The notes under the pieces were generated by a model that was given only the letters and a program-made list of their open reading frames with translations, was not told the DNA's origin and did not search any database. From Candidatus Daviesbacteria bacterium RIFCSPLOWO2_01_FULL_39_23 (GTDB lineage Bacteria > Patescibacteriota > Microgenomatia > Daviesbacterales > UBA10151), in NCBI GenBank assembly GCA_001776935.1, contig MFDN01000014.1, positions 1,464 to 65,463 of the forward strand: a DNA stretch of 64,000 nt, given 5' to 3'. Position numbers and translations under genes: made by a program. This document shows, in pieces, positions 18,901 through 29,100 of this stretch; position 1 is the stretch's first letter, and every line of letters begins with the position of its first letter.

Positions 18901-21803
18901 CAGGTAATGCTTTCTCTGAAACTCTTGGCTTTGGAGCTGAAGGCTTTTGGTGGGCGACTGATGCTGATATGGCTACCTCAGGCCCTAATGGCGCAATTTT
19001 AGTCCAGGCAGTTGAAGCAGCTTTTGCAGGCGAATCAGCAGTTGACGGCGAACAGTCTGCCTTTGCCCGGGTCAGGATCAGAATAGATGTCGGAGAGCCG
19101 GGCACATACACTGTCACCTATCCGTTTGGAACAAAAACATATGATGTATTAACTGTAGGGCCAGGGTTTGAAATTAATGATACTTCTGATATCGGCTGCT
19201 TTGCCCAACCAGGTATAAGCTGTGACCAGGCAGGCCAGCCAAACTTCTCGACCGTATTAAGCGGTGAAATAGGACCATTCCTGACCTGGGACACCTTTGA
19301 CCCAAACCCGGTTCTTTCTGATCCTTTGCTGACACATTCTGTTACTAACAGGAGATATGTAGGCGACGGTATAACACCGCACATTGTTAAAGGCAGCCCG
19401 ACCGGCAACAACTTCTTCAGGATTGAAGGACCAAATATCGGAGGGGCTGGAGTTAACTCAGTCCAGACAAATTTGTTTACAGTAGTCGGCAGACTGGATA
19501 ATGCTGTTAATCCTAATGCGCCTGTTATCACCGTAGTCGGCGCAAACCCTGTCACTGTTTTGCTGAATGATCCTTACACTGCAGTACAAGATGCCGGCGC
19601 CACAGCCACAGATGTGCCTGATGGTGATTTGACTGCTTCTATTATAGAAAGCGGACTTCCGGTTGACACTTCCACTGTTGGAGCTAAAACTGTCACATAT
19701 ACAGTCACAGATGCTAACGGCAATACTGTAAGCGCCACAAGAACAATTAATGTGGTGGCTGCTCTTCCTGCTGATGTGACGCCTCCGGTTATTACTGTGC
19801 TGGGTGCAAATCCGATCACAGTTACAGTCGGATCAACCTATGCTGCGGCAGAAGATGCCGGTGCCACAGCTTTTGATGCTGTAGATGGTGTGGTAGTTGT
19901 AGCAGAATCGGGGTTGCCTGTTGATACCTCAACAGAAGGCGCCAAAACAGTCACATACACTTCCACAGACGCTGCCGGCAATACGGCTACTATCACAAGG
20001 ACTGTTAATGTGACATCTGCGCCTGTTACCACCGGTTCCATAAGGATCATAAAAGATACCGTATTAAATAACGCCCAGGATTTTGAATTCAGGTTAAGGC
20101 TTGGTGCGTTTGACCAAACTTTTTTCCTTGATGATGATTCTGATAATACGCTTCCTAATGTGCGCGAATTTGAAGGCCTGGCTACAGGAGCCTACAACCT
20201 TCAGGAGATCGTAAACAGTAATTGGAACCTAATTTCCATAAGCTGCAATGATCCTGATTCCGGTACAACCTTTGACTTAGGTGCATCCACCGCCACAATT
20301 GACCTTGATGCCGGTGAAAGAGTCACCTGTGAATTTACCAATGCCCCGCGCCAGTCAATTGCCGGTGAAAAGTTTTCTGACCAGAATAATAACGGGGTTA
20401 AAGAGGCAGGAGAACCTGGACTTTCCGGCTGGACAATTTATCTTGATACTAATGATAACGGTGTATTGGACGGCGGAGAGACTTCCGTAGTCACTGATTC
20501 AGAAGGAGATTACCAGTTCCTGAGTGTTAGCAATGGGGTGGTAAATGTGCGTGAGGTTACTCAAAGCAACTGGCAGCCAAAAACTCCATCCGGCGGGAAA
20601 TATGTCTTAACAATGACTTCAAACTCCAGTTTCATCAGTAAGGACTTTGGTAATGCCCAAATACTCACAATACCGGGTGCAAGCGGCAGATTTTTCTCAA
20701 CCGGCGGCCCTGTAAACTCCACCACCTCAGTTGTAGCTGATGATGATAATACAATTTCTGTGGCAGGCAATGGTGGCACTACTACTATTCTTATTCCTGA
20801 AGGTACTGTTATCACCAAATCAGACGGCGGCACTATTGATTTCAGCCAGCTCACATCTGCAGTATTAGCTGCTTCAGCTGTCTCAGGCTTGGGTAGCGGA
20901 GTGGTAGTTGATGGAGTCCTGCAATGGGGTATTCCAAACTTAGGTTTATTATTCAGCCAGCCAATTACCATTAATTTCTTTATCGGCACAGCTTTCAACG
21001 GCCAAACCTTAAATATTCAAAGGTCAATCTCAGGCAGCGGAGGCTGGACTACTGACGGCATTGTTGCTCCTGCTACCTGTACAGTATCAGCCGGAGTCTG
21101 CAGCTTCCAAACCACTAAAGCATCGTTCTTTGCATCTACACATAATGTTCCTGCTGACAATAATACAGGCAGCGGAACTTCTGGCAACAATAACAGCACT
21201 ACCTCAGCCCCTACCTGTAATGATGTCAAACCAGGTTCTGCACCAACTCTTTTGTCAGCTGTTGCAACCGGAGCCAATGAAGTGACCTTAACATGGAGCA
21301 AAGCTGCTGACCCGGTCACCGGATACATGATAGCTTTTGGACTTACCTCAGGAGATCTAAGATTTGGCGATCCAAACCAGGGCAGCAAAAATGATACTCA
21401 AAGAGTTATCAAAAACCTGTCCGGAGGCACCACATACTTCTTCAGAGTCAAAGCTGCAAACGGCTGCAATGCAAGCGACTATTCAAACGAGATAGCTGTA
21501 AAAGCAACCGGGCAGGCATTATCCACTAATATTCCTGCAGGGTTTCAGGAAGGGGTCTTAGGAGCACAAACTGATCAGGGCAGCACCGGTACCGGAGGGG
21601 CAATTGATTATCCGTCTCCTACCCCAAGCGTGGATGATGTATTAGGTACAGATTCGCAGAATGTGGGAGTAGGACAAGATCAAGCTCAAGGTCAAACAGC
21701 CGGAGCAAGATCCAATACCCCCCTGGCTGTGGGAGTAGCCTTAGTTTTGCTCACAATTCTGGGTGTTGGATATACATTATACAGGCGCAATAAACTTCAA
21801 TAA
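15903..21803 (+). CDS. Giant cell-surface protein with signal peptide, Pro-rich linker, Lamin-tail domain, tandem Ig-like (DUF5011/HYR-type) repeats, SdrD-B/CnaB-like and FN3 domains, and a C-terminal TM anchor
   Basis: 1966 aa. The likely true start is the ATG at 16047 (MFKFFAKKSITLISIFSLFINIISPLALA signal peptide). An LTD motif (VLINEILPNPTAGAEWVEFFNNG) is present. There are at least 7 repeats of the type ANPVxVxxNAPYTAxEDAGATAxDxVDGxLTA...GAKTVTYTVTDxAGNTA. An internal duplication of about 470 aa (LAEVGPVAPAGGL...GTYxVTYP) is visible. The C-terminus is PLAVGVALVLLTILGVGYTLYRRNKLQ. Confidence 0.8.
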   Translation: MADFLNGNKIFNTFKEQVSIYLNSYSKLTSLWLLPYKLKVIYTLLEKNMFKFFAKKSITLISIFSLFINIISPLALAGQIYAQEASPAPVVEEAPAPSANPGESPVPTTNENTPAEASPAPEVSPTPEPSPVVSPEPSPSQVSEPVLEETANESSPAAVVDPTPQEQTSATPVWQNIADKEFTTSENVTLGNEYTAPQNDKVKVQFTKLPDPSGKLTIKEVKLTPEEMTSLGAFSDTAYDITSTMSDSTFEYDLTLPLPQEAQNKEVEVKAAETEEQISQATEVTEQKEKKTQDTITIKGLNHFTVFVITTPSPDTTQRVLINEILPNPTAGAEWVEFFNNGTTSVNLGAGTGWTITNSVGSIQSLSALGTIPAAGRVVFDAPAGWLSNTAPETITISNELGTVVDTVTVSLIAPGFAIDHYPLAGESVGRRTDGVNEWLIFTTPSKGTANVVPVVGGAGRLAEVGPVAPAGGLRAGSPNWYRDNNNLTLELMEAADANGISAPVEAGNPFSAQIGFGAEGFWWSAEADLTTSAGSALLVQAIEAAFAGESAVDGEQSSFARIRIRVDVGEPGTYIVTYPYGQKTYTVTTPGVRAINDTVDIGCFAQPGVSCDQVGQPNFSTLLNGGIGPFLTWDTFNSTGPSDPALNIGGRRYVGTVATPHTVKGSPTGNNFFRIQGPNIGGPGINVIQTNLFTVTGRLAGAGAPVITLHGANPVNVLQNAPYTATEDAGATALDDVDGNLTANIQITGLPVNTATIGAKTVTYTVTDSAGNTATATRTVNVVETSAVDGVAPVITIAGNNPATVVAGTAYIDAGATALDNVDGAVAVSTTGLPVNTSVVGSATVTYTATDAAGNTASLDRIVNIVADNVAPTITITGSNPVFVFIGGTYTDAGATCTDNVDGDCTALIITSGAVIDTSAAGSHTVNYAYTDAAGNNTSVNRTVNVAATLPAGLVEVGPVAPAGGLGAGFPEWYKDSNALILDLMEAADPHSISAPVEAGNAFSETLGFGAEGFWWATDADMATSGPNGAILVQAVEAAFAGESAVDGEQSAFARVRIRIDVGEPGTYTVTYPFGTKTYDVLTVGPGFEINDTSDIGCFAQPGISCDQAGQPNFSTVLSGEIGPFLTWDTFDPNPVLSDPLLTHSVTNRRYVGDGITPHIVKGSPTGNNFFRIEGPNIGGAGVNSVQTNLFTVVGRLDNAVNPNAPVITVVGANPVTVLLNDPYTAVQDAGATATDVPDGDLTASIIESGLPVDTSTVGAKTVTYTVTDANGNTVSATRTINVVAALPADVTPPVITVLGANPITVTVGSTYAAAEDAGATAFDAVDGVVVVAESGLPVDTSTEGAKTVTYTSTDAAGNTATITRTVNVTSAPVTTGSIRIIKDTVLNNAQDFEFRLRLGAFDQTFFLDDDSDNTLPNVREFEGLATGAYNLQEIVNSNWNLISISCNDPDSGTTFDLGASTATIDLDAGERVTCEFTNAPRQSIAGEKFSDQNNNGVKEAGEPGLSGWTIYLDTNDNGVLDGGETSVVTDSEGDYQFLSVSNGVVNVREVTQSNWQPKTPSGGKYVLTMTSNSSFISKDFGNAQILTIPGASGRFFSTGGPVNSTTSVVADDDNTISVAGNGGTTTILIPEGTVITKSDGGTIDFSQLTSAVLAASAVSGLGSGVVVDGVLQWGIPNLGLLFSQPITINFFIGTAFNGQTLNIQRSISGSGGWTTDGIVAPATCTVSAGVCSFQTTKASFFASTHNVPADNNTGSGTSGNNNSTTSAPTCNDVKPGSAPTLLSAVATGANEVTLTWSKAADPVTGYMIAFGLTSGDLRFGDPNQGSKNDTQRVIKNLSGGTTYFFRVKAANGCNASDYSNEIAVKATGQALSTNIPAGFQEGVLGAQTDQGSTGTGGAIDYPSPTPSVDDVLGTDSQNVGVGQDQAQGQTAGARSNTPLAVGVALVLLTILGVGYTLYRRNKLQ

Positions 21804-21844
21804 TCCTTTCAATTCGGGTCTTTTTCGTGTTAGAATATATTTTT

Positions 21845-21892
21845 CAGTCATCAGTCATCAGACAGGAAAATCTGAAGACTGAAAGCTGACGA
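21845..21892 (+). repeat. Imperfect palindromic hairpin element (CAGTCATCAG / CTGAAGACTGA units) directly upstream of uvrB
   Basis: TCAGTCATCAGTCATCAGAC-AGGAAAA-TCTGAAGACTGAAAGCTGACGACT. A related copy lies at 60793..60844. Confidence 0.5.
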
Positions 21893-21897
21893 CTATT

Positions 21898-23859
21898 ATG
21901 AATTTTAAGCTTATTTCAGATTTTAAGCCGACCGGAGATCAGCCGCAAGCCATACAAAAGTTGGTGACAGGGATTGAAAACGGCAAAAAATACCAAGTGC
22001 TTTTAGGTGTCACAGGTTCAGGCAAAACATTCACTATGGCAAATGCCATAGCGCGTGTGCAACGGCCCACCCTGATTATTTCCCACAATAAAACTCTGGC
22101 AGGGCAGTTGGCACAGGAATTCCGCTCTCTTTTTCCAAGCAACGCAGTGGAATATTTTGTTTCCTATTATGATTATTATCAGCCTGAGGCATACGTTCCC
22201 CAATCAGACACTTATATAGAAAAAGAAACGGAAATTAATGAGGAAATTGAGAAACTAAGGCTTTCCACCACAGCTTCTTTGATGACCCGCGAAGACGTTT
22301 TGGTAGTAGCTTCAGTTTCAGCTATCTATAACCTGGGTTCACCTGTTGAATACGGTCAGGCAGTTTTAGAACTTAAAGCAGGCATGAAAACAACTTTTGA
22401 CGCGGTCTTAAAATTTTTAACTAAAATTTATTATCAAAGAAATGACATTGATTTTAAGCGCTCCACTTTTAGGGTGCGGGGAGACACAGTAGACATTTTC
22501 CCTTCCCATTGGGAAAAGGCTTTAAGGGTGGAATTTTTAGGCGAAAGTGTTGAAAAGGTTTCCTTTTTAGATCCTTTAACCGGTGATGTAACTCCGACTA
22601 ACGAAACGCAGATTGTTTATCCGGCAAAGCATTATGTAACCCCCGAACAAAGGTTAAAGCCTGCTTTAGTTCAGATAGAGGGAGATTTAGAATCAAGAAT
22701 TAAGCAGTTAGAATCAAGCGGTAAATTACTGGAAGCGCAAAGACTTGCACAAAGGACAAATTATGATTTGGAGATGATCCGGGAATTCGGTTACTGCAAC
22801 GGAATAGAAAATTATTCCCGCTATTTTGACGGACGCAATCCCGGAGACCCGCCTTTTACCCTGCTTGATTACTTTCCTAAAGATTATCTTATTATTTTGG
22901 ATGAATCCCATATCACGCTTCCGCAAATACGCGGAATGTATAACGGCGACCGCTCCAGAAAAGAAACTTTGGTGGATTTTGGGTTCAGACTGCCTTCTGC
23001 TTTGGATAACCGGCCTTTAAAATATGATGAATTCATGCGCAAAATAAACCAGGTTATTTTCACCTCAGCCACCCCGGATGAGTATGAGTTGTCTTTATCC
23101 GGAGCAGACAGTGTTGCAGAACAGCTTATACGGCCTACCGGAATTCTGGATCCGCAAATTAGTGTCCGCCCGATTAAAGGACAAATTGAGGATTTAATAA
23201 AAGAAATTGAAAAAAGAACACAAAAAGGCGAAAGGACACTCGTAACTACTTTAACCAAAAGAATGGCTGAGGACTTATCAGATTTTTTGAAAGAGAGGGG
23301 AATTAAGGTAAATTATTTGCATTCTGAAGTTTTAACTTTAGAAAGAAGCGATATTTTGCAGGCTTTAAGACTTGGAGAATATGACGTGATTGTCGGGATC
23401 AATCTGCTCAGGGAGGGGCTGGATCTGCCGGAAGTGTCTTTGGTTGCTATTTTGGATGCAGATAAAGAAGGCTTTTTGCGTTCCCGGACTTCTTTGATAC
23501 AAACCATGGGAAGGGCTGCAAGGCATATAAACGGCACTGTGATTATGTATGCAGACAATATGACCGGTTCAATGAAATCAGCCATCGGCGAAGTGCAAAG
23601 GAGAAGAAAAGTTCAGGCAGAATACAATAAAAAACACGGCATCACCCCAAGAAGCATTACTAAACCCATGCGGGAAAGACTGATTGAAAAGATAGAGGAA
23701 GAAACCGGAGAGCAGGTTTTAACAGTTGAAGATATACCTGTAAACGAGAGGGAAAGAATTATTAAAAATTTGGAAGAACAAATGAAACTGGCAGCAGAAG
23801 GCTTAGACTTTGAACTGGCAGCCAAATTAAGAGATCAGATAAAAGAGTTAAATATTTAA
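21898..23859 (+). CDS. uvrB: Excinuclease ABC subunit B
   Basis: Walker [14 protein letters not shown], the helicase motifs and the C-terminal UVR domain ([13 protein letters not shown]) are present. Length is 653 aa. Confidence 0.95.
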   Translation: MNFKLISDFKPTGDQPQAIQKLVTGIENGKKYQVLLGVTGSGKTFTMANAIARVQRPTLIISHNKTLAGQLAQEFRSLFPSNAVEYFVSYYDYYQPEAYVPQSDTYIEKETEINEEIEKLRLSTTASLMTREDVLVVASVSAIYNLGSPVEYGQAVLELKAGMKTTFDAVLKFLTKIYYQRNDIDFKRSTFRVRGDTVDIFPSHWEKALRVEFLGESVEKVSFLDPLTGDVTPTNETQIVYPAKHYVTPEQRLKPALVQIEGDLESRIKQLESSGKLLEAQRLAQRTNYDLEMIREFGYCNGIENYSRYFDGRNPGDPPFTLLDYFPKDYLIILDESHITLPQIRGMYNGDRSRKETLVDFGFRLPSALDNRPLKYDEFMRKINQVIFTSATPDEYELSLSGADSVAEQLIRPTGILDPQISVRPIKGQIEDLIKEIEKRTQKGERTLVTTLTKRMAEDLSDFLKERGIKVNYLHSEVLTLERSDILQALRLGEYDVIVGINLLREGLDLPEVSLVAILDADKEGFLRSRTSLIQTMGRAARHINGTVIMYADNMTGSMKSAIGEVQRRRKVQAEYNKKHGITPRSITKPMRERLIEKIEEETGEQVLTVEDIPVNERERIIKNLEEQMKLAAEGLDFELAAKLRDQIKELNI

Positions 23860-24064
23860 GGAGTTCTATCAAATTCGTGATTTATTCTTAAATCTCTTAG
23901 ATACTTTAATAAATCCTGAGGGGTTCTGTAAGAGGCTATCACTGCCAGATATGCTTCAGGATATCTATCAATAGGGTTACGCAGAGGTATCTTTAGTGAA
24001 CCTTCCGGGTCAATGCGTCCACGTCCTTCTGTTATTTTCTCAACCATAACTTGATAATAACATA

Positions 24065-24130
24065 TTAATGCAAGTATACCTCTTTAAAAAGATTGCAAAA
24101 TAGGTTAAAATGGAACCTCATTTTTCGGGA
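24065..24130 (+). repeat. About 65-bp conserved promoter-like element, copy 1 (AGTATAyCCyCTTTAAAAG-TTGCAAAATAGGkTAAAATGGAACCTCATTTTTCGGGA)
   Basis: Near-identical to 29208..29270 (about 55/62 identities). It contains TTTAAA-17-TAAAAT and the palindrome AAAATG-N6-CATTTT. Confidence 0.6.
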
Positions 24131-24301
24131 TAAATTCGCTTTCCTGTCATTCTGGGGCGAAGCCGGAGAATATAATTTCCACAATTTCCACCTGGGAGGT
24201 GGCCCAGGTGTTGGAGTGTTAGACTGTTGTCGACTGTTATAGGATATTCTGCAACTAAAATCCACCTCCCGGGTGTTAAAGTGTTAAATGAACTGCTTTA
24301 G

Positions 24302-24544
24302 TTAAATAGATATTATGATTCCCCCAATTACTCTTTTGCCGGCTGATCTGCCTCCGCCGCCGAATTCAATATAGTGGTCACCTAAAGCAGATTCCAAAAT
24401 ATCCGTTTCTACAGTTTCCGGACTTGCCTGTAACTTTTTTACTTTTAACCTTTCAATAAACATTTCCCGGGAAATTCCGCCGGTGGAAAGCGCAGCTGAA
24501 GTAACTAATACTGAAATTTTTGCATCAGGAAATCTTCTTTTCAA
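24302..24544 (-). CDS. Hypothetical small protein
   Basis: 80 aa with a Gly-rich C-terminal part (EFGGGGRSAGKRVIGGIIISI). It is the last gene of a 3-gene minus-strand module. Confidence 0.4.
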   Translation of the reverse strand: MKRRFPDAKISVLVTSAALSTGGISREMFIERLKVKKLQASPETVETDILESALGDHYIEFGGGGRSAGKRVIGGIIISI

Positions 24545-24574
24545 AGCTTTTTGTTTTTTTAGGATAGTTTCAAC

Positions 24575-26140
24575 TTAGTTTTCCAAAATAGTGGGAGTAT
24601 TGGTACCGTAAACCCTGTCAAGCACAAATGCTGCTTCTGAAGAGCCATCAGATCTTTTAATCGGCTCAAAAAAAGCAATCTGGTCAGCAATGCTGCCTGT
24701 TGCTTTGTTTTCAGACTGGCTGTAAATATAGAATTTATTAATATCTCCAAAAGTCAAATCAGTATCGTTATTGGCACCTGAAGAAGCTATACAGGAAAGG
24801 CATTCGCGGATATTTTCCATCATCACATTAAAACTTTGGGTAGCCGTACTGGTGATTGTTTGCTGAGTGCTTTGAGCATAAATTATACTGCCTATTTCTT
24901 TTAATCTATTTTGGAGCTCAGGATTTCCAATATCGCTGCTTTGCCTTAAGCTGTTAAATTTATTCTTAACAGTTTCATAAATTTCTTCCAGCTTTACTAT
25001 TTGTTCCCTGATTTTACCGGTATATTGTAAAAGTGTTTCTTTTTCCTCAGCTGTTAATTCATCCTCATTTTTGACGATCAGGTTATCCAGGTAGTTTAGA
25101 TCCTGGCTGAGCGCAATAGCCCCGGAGGTTGGTTGAAAATCTTCCCCTAATCTTTGGAAAATTTTAATTACTGCCTCCGAAGGCTTTAGGAATTCTCTCA
25201 GCAGGGAAATTTTAGGTTCTGCTTCTGATTGTTTTATGAGGCCGACAAAATTAACTACTGCTGCCAAAGGCTTTATTTCATCCTGGAAATATTTTTTTAG
25301 GGACTCCGGATTCAGGGCTAAGTTATTTTGTTGTGCTGTATCAATTACAATTTGCCGTATTTTTTCCTCTTCTTCGCTAAATGCAATGGTTCTTCCGGGG
25401 TTGGCCAGCTGCTGGTACATTTTAGCCATTGTTGCTCCCACTGCTTTATTGCCAAAGTCCAAAAGTAGCTTCATGCGTTGTTTGTCTAAAGGTTCGGGGT
25501 AAAGGTCTAAATCTTCCAGGGTTTTTAAGTTTAAAATTATATTGGTAAGTTTAATGTCAATTGTCTCAATGTTACCGACTACTATGCTTGAACTTTCTTC
25601 CTGCAGCAGGCTAAAAAATTCCGGCAGATCTTCTGCTGGTAGCCCAAGGCTTTGCGCAAGCTGAGTATTCATTTCCGTTCTCTTTTTTAAGAGTTCTTTA
25701 ACTATCTGAGCTTTTTCCAGAGCTAAAAACTCATCCGGGTTAATATTTTTTCCTCTTCTGAAATTTTCCCATGAATCATTGAGCATCAAAGATAAATAGA
25801 ATCCCAGGATAGTTTCATTTTGCGCTGAACGATGGCTTAGATTGGCAAGATATTTAGAAATATTGGTAAATGACCTGATATGGTCCAGTGTAAATTGATC
25901 AGGAATCTTAATGATGCCAAAGCGGTCCTTAAACAACATGGCAATTCCTTCCAGCAGTCTTTTTTTATGGGCTTCAAACGGATTTTCGGTTGAGCCTAAA
26001 GCAGTGCCAAAACTTCTGATTTCGTGCCTTAACTGCAGCAGCTGTTTAGGATCAAAGTACTTAGTGCCGGATTTAACCTGTTCCAAAAGAGCCAGTTTTG
26101 CCCGGTATAAAGGGTAGATATCTTTGGCAAATTGTTTCAT
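24575..26140 (-). CDS. Large hypothetical cytoplasmic protein (alpha-helical, no recognised domain)
   Basis: 521 aa with no TM segment and no Walker or catalytic motifs seen. It starts 11 nt after the stop of the 1015-aa gene upstream. Confidence 0.55.
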   Translation of the reverse strand: MKQFAKDIYPLYRAKLALLEQVKSGTKYFDPKQLLQLRHEIRSFGTALGSTENPFEAHKKRLLEGIAMLFKDRFGIIKIPDQFTLDHIRSFTNISKYLANLSHRSAQNETILGFYLSLMLNDSWENFRRGKNINPDEFLALEKAQIVKELLKKRTEMNTQLAQSLGLPAEDLPEFFSLLQEESSSIVVGNIETIDIKLTNIILNLKTLEDLDLYPEPLDKQRMKLLLDFGNKAVGATMAKMYQQLANPGRTIAFSEEEEKIRQIVIDTAQQNNLALNPESLKKYFQDEIKPLAAVVNFVGLIKQSEAEPKISLLREFLKPSEAVIKIFQRLGEDFQPTSGAIALSQDLNYLDNLIVKNEDELTAEEKETLLQYTGKIREQIVKLEEIYETVKNKFNSLRQSSDIGNPELQNRLKEIGSIIYAQSTQQTITSTATQSFNVMMENIRECLSCIASSGANNDTDLTFGDINKFYIYSQSENKATGSIADQIAFFEPIKRSDGSSEAAFVLDRVYGTNTPTILEN

Positions 26141-26151
26141 TTGAGCTGGTT

Positions 26152-29100
26152 TTAACTTTGTAAAACTGCCAGATAATCTGAAAAAAGACTGGGCGCAGCA
26201 ATCAAAATATCACGGGAAATATTGTAAAAATCCGTTCTATCTTCATTAGACCATTTTTCTTTTGCAAATTTCTCTTCCATAATATAAATTCCATGGAATA
26301 CTTCAGATTTAGTTCTTTGCGCCGTGGTATCGCGGGCAAAACTATCATGCAGGCTAAGAATAAAATTGCTGAGAGATTCAAGCTGGCTAAGGGGTCCTGC
26401 ATCGCCATAAAGTGAAATTATTCCCGGTACTGCTAATAAGGAGAAAGGCATAATTTCTACACCTCCGCTTTTAAGATACTTTTCCCAGATGCTTCGGAAT
26501 TGATTAAGACAAAAATCCCTAGTTTTTGGTTCTCCAAACAGGGCAATGAGTTTTTCTTTTTGTGCAGTATTACTAAGGAGATGGTGATAGGGGTTATTCA
26601 TAATTTCAATGTAAGCCATTAACAAAGGCATCCAATTTTGCCCATTTATTGTGACTGTTTCCTGATCAAGCATTTGTTTGAGAGATTCTTGTTGTTTGAA
26701 TAAAGTAGCCTGGCAAAAATTCTTAAGCATTCTCTTGTCAATTTTTCCCAAACGCCCCAAGCTTTTTCCAAGTTCCGCGTCTTGCGTTAGATTAAGATTG
26801 AAAAACCCTTTTTCTTCGGCTTCTGTAAAGATTTCTAATCCTTCATCTGTCTCAAGGAATATTTCCGGGTAGCTTTCTGCCAAAGAAAAATTAGGATTTT
26901 TAAAGACCGGTCCGGCTTTGGAAGATAGCTCCAAGGCTCTTGCTTTAGTAAGTTTACCTCTGTCCACGAGATTTAGCATTTTAAAAATGATTGTTTTGTC
27001 AAAATCACGGTAACTTACAACCATGTCCTGAAAAAAATGTGAGGTTTGTTCGCCTTGAAATTGATATAATAATTGATGAAGGAGTGACAAGTCAGTGGTT
27101 AAGGCCGGGCAAATTTGCCAGGCTGTCAAAAGAGGCTCGAGCAAATTCGCATCAAAGCTTGATTCTCCTATTCTTGAAATCAACTTACCGTCTGTTAAAT
27201 AGATAATTACTCCCTTATTATGCTGATTTTGGATGATTTTTTGCGCTAATTTGTAAAATCTGTTTTGGATAATGTTTTTAGCCTCAGCTGCTTCTTTTTC
27301 CAGTCTACATTGTTCAAGCGACGGCCCCCATTCATCTATCATGTGCCCTGCATCAGACCATCCGACCGTATGCGCCGGTCTTTCCAGCTGGCCGGAAACA
27401 GACTTGAAGCACAGGAGTAATTTTTCTCTTAAGCTATTCAAAAAATACGCTCCGCTAATTTTTGCTGCCTGCTCAAAGACTTTTGATTCAGCCTCTGTGA
27501 TAACACCATTTTCTTCTAGTAAACCAAGGAGAGGAGTGATGGTTAGGCTGTCTGTTGCCATCTCCTTTAATGCCGGGTCTACCCCGGGTTCGTTTATGAT
27601 TGAAAGTGCAAGATTTGTTGCAGCTTCCCTGAATTTGGAGCGGATACCCCACTGCTGCAGGCCTTCCGGAATTTTTCTGGTTAATACCTCCCTGGCTGAT
27701 TTTAAGCTTGGATACACAGTTTCAGCTTGATCTAAAATAGAAGACCAGTCAGGCTTTTTGTTAAGTAAATTTAAAGCTCCAATTGCAGCATCAACTCCGT
27801 GGCTGGTATTTGCGGCTGCTGCTATCAATACTAAATTTCTGATAGTAGAAGGATGCGGGTATTCAGCAATAAAGTACACAACATGGCCTTGGTCGTCTTT
27901 AAGAGAATCCTTAAGTGCAAGTGAATAAAACAAGTTATCCTGCTCGCTGACAGCATCGCCCAGGACTTGAGCAGCAGCTTCTGATGTTTTGGCTGCCTGC
28001 CAGAAAGCCATTTTTGAACTAGAAGGGTACCTTATTTCACTATAAATTTCTTCCCAAAATTTTATATGACCTATAAAACCAGAGTTGCTACCATAGGTGC
28101 GATTATGCCGCAGATTGCTAATCTTGATATATTTTAATAAACCTTGGTGGAAATTACCAGAGCCCTCTGTTAGGTGGGTCTCTATTGCACTGCTTAGTAA
28201 ATAAATGTCACGCACAGCCATGTTATTGAGTAACTCGGCTACCAATGTTTTATTCATATCTTCCAAAAGCGGCTGGCAGCTTATTTTGAAGTCAGCAATT
28301 GTAAAACTTCCAGCATCATCAATATCTGCTTCAAGCAATTTTTTTAATCTGTCAACAGGAGTTTGACCAGCCTTATTTTGTTTTGTTGGACTAGTTATAT
28401 AATCCCGAAGAACTGTGTAGTATTTTCTTTGATCAGCCCAAATAAATGGATGCTCTTTGGGAATTTTTCTAAGCTTTGGTAAGATTACTTTTAAGATGTA
28501 AGTTTTAGCAAAGTCTGCTGGCAGGGTGCCGTCTGTAATAATTTCATCCGCCATTTCTTTGTACCCTTCTGAGATAGCTGAAAATTCCTGCTTAATTTCC
28601 TCTAAGATTGTTGCTTCCCGTTTTTGAGTCAGTTCATTTTGATTACCCTCGATTCCATTTATTGCTTTTTGTTTTTGTTCAAGCTGGCTTGCTGCTTCCG
28701 CAGCCTGGGCATCAAGTGAATCTTTTTGTGCTGAAAGTTCTTTTCTTTTTCTGCGGGTAAAAAATCTTCTGAGTCCGCGGATTTGGTCAACCTCCTGATG
28801 TTGTGCTGCAACTTCTTGGGCATTTTCTGTTAAGCGTTGGTATTCCCGCTCAATTGCAGATTTTTCCTGAGCTGTTTGAGCTTTTAACTGAAGAATACAT
28901 TGCAAAGCAATACTGCTTCTTGCCAGGTATTCGGCTGCAGAGCCCGGGGGTATTTTTTGCAAATCTTCCAATAAGTCTTGCAGATTTTGAGGAGAGGTTT
29001 TAATTTCGCTATCAGGCTCCGGAGGCGTTACAGTCAGGTTATTTATTAAGGCAGGAGCATTTTCAACATACTGGCTGGTTCGGGCCCTTAAGGAGTTTAG

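Noticed and set aside
16142-21388. Numerous minus-strand and off-frame ORFs of 60-145 aa inside the giant surface-protein gene (e.g. 16142..16414, 19118..19555, 20561..20998)
   Set aside because: They are antisense or out-of-frame readings of a repetitive, GC-richer, Ala/Gly/Thr/Val-rich coding region. They have low-complexity translations and no independent signals.
24094-24114. TTGCAA + TAAAAT as a promoter
   Set aside because: The spacing is only 7 bp. The TTTAAA-17-TAAAAT arrangement is the more plausible -35/-10 pair.
24065-24265. ORFs 24065..24265 (-) and 23856..24047 (-) downstream of uvrB
   Set aside because: They overlap the conserved 65-bp repeat and the hairpin-rich intergenic segment. 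The translations are low-complexity and no RBS is visible, so the region is more plausibly regulatory or RNA.
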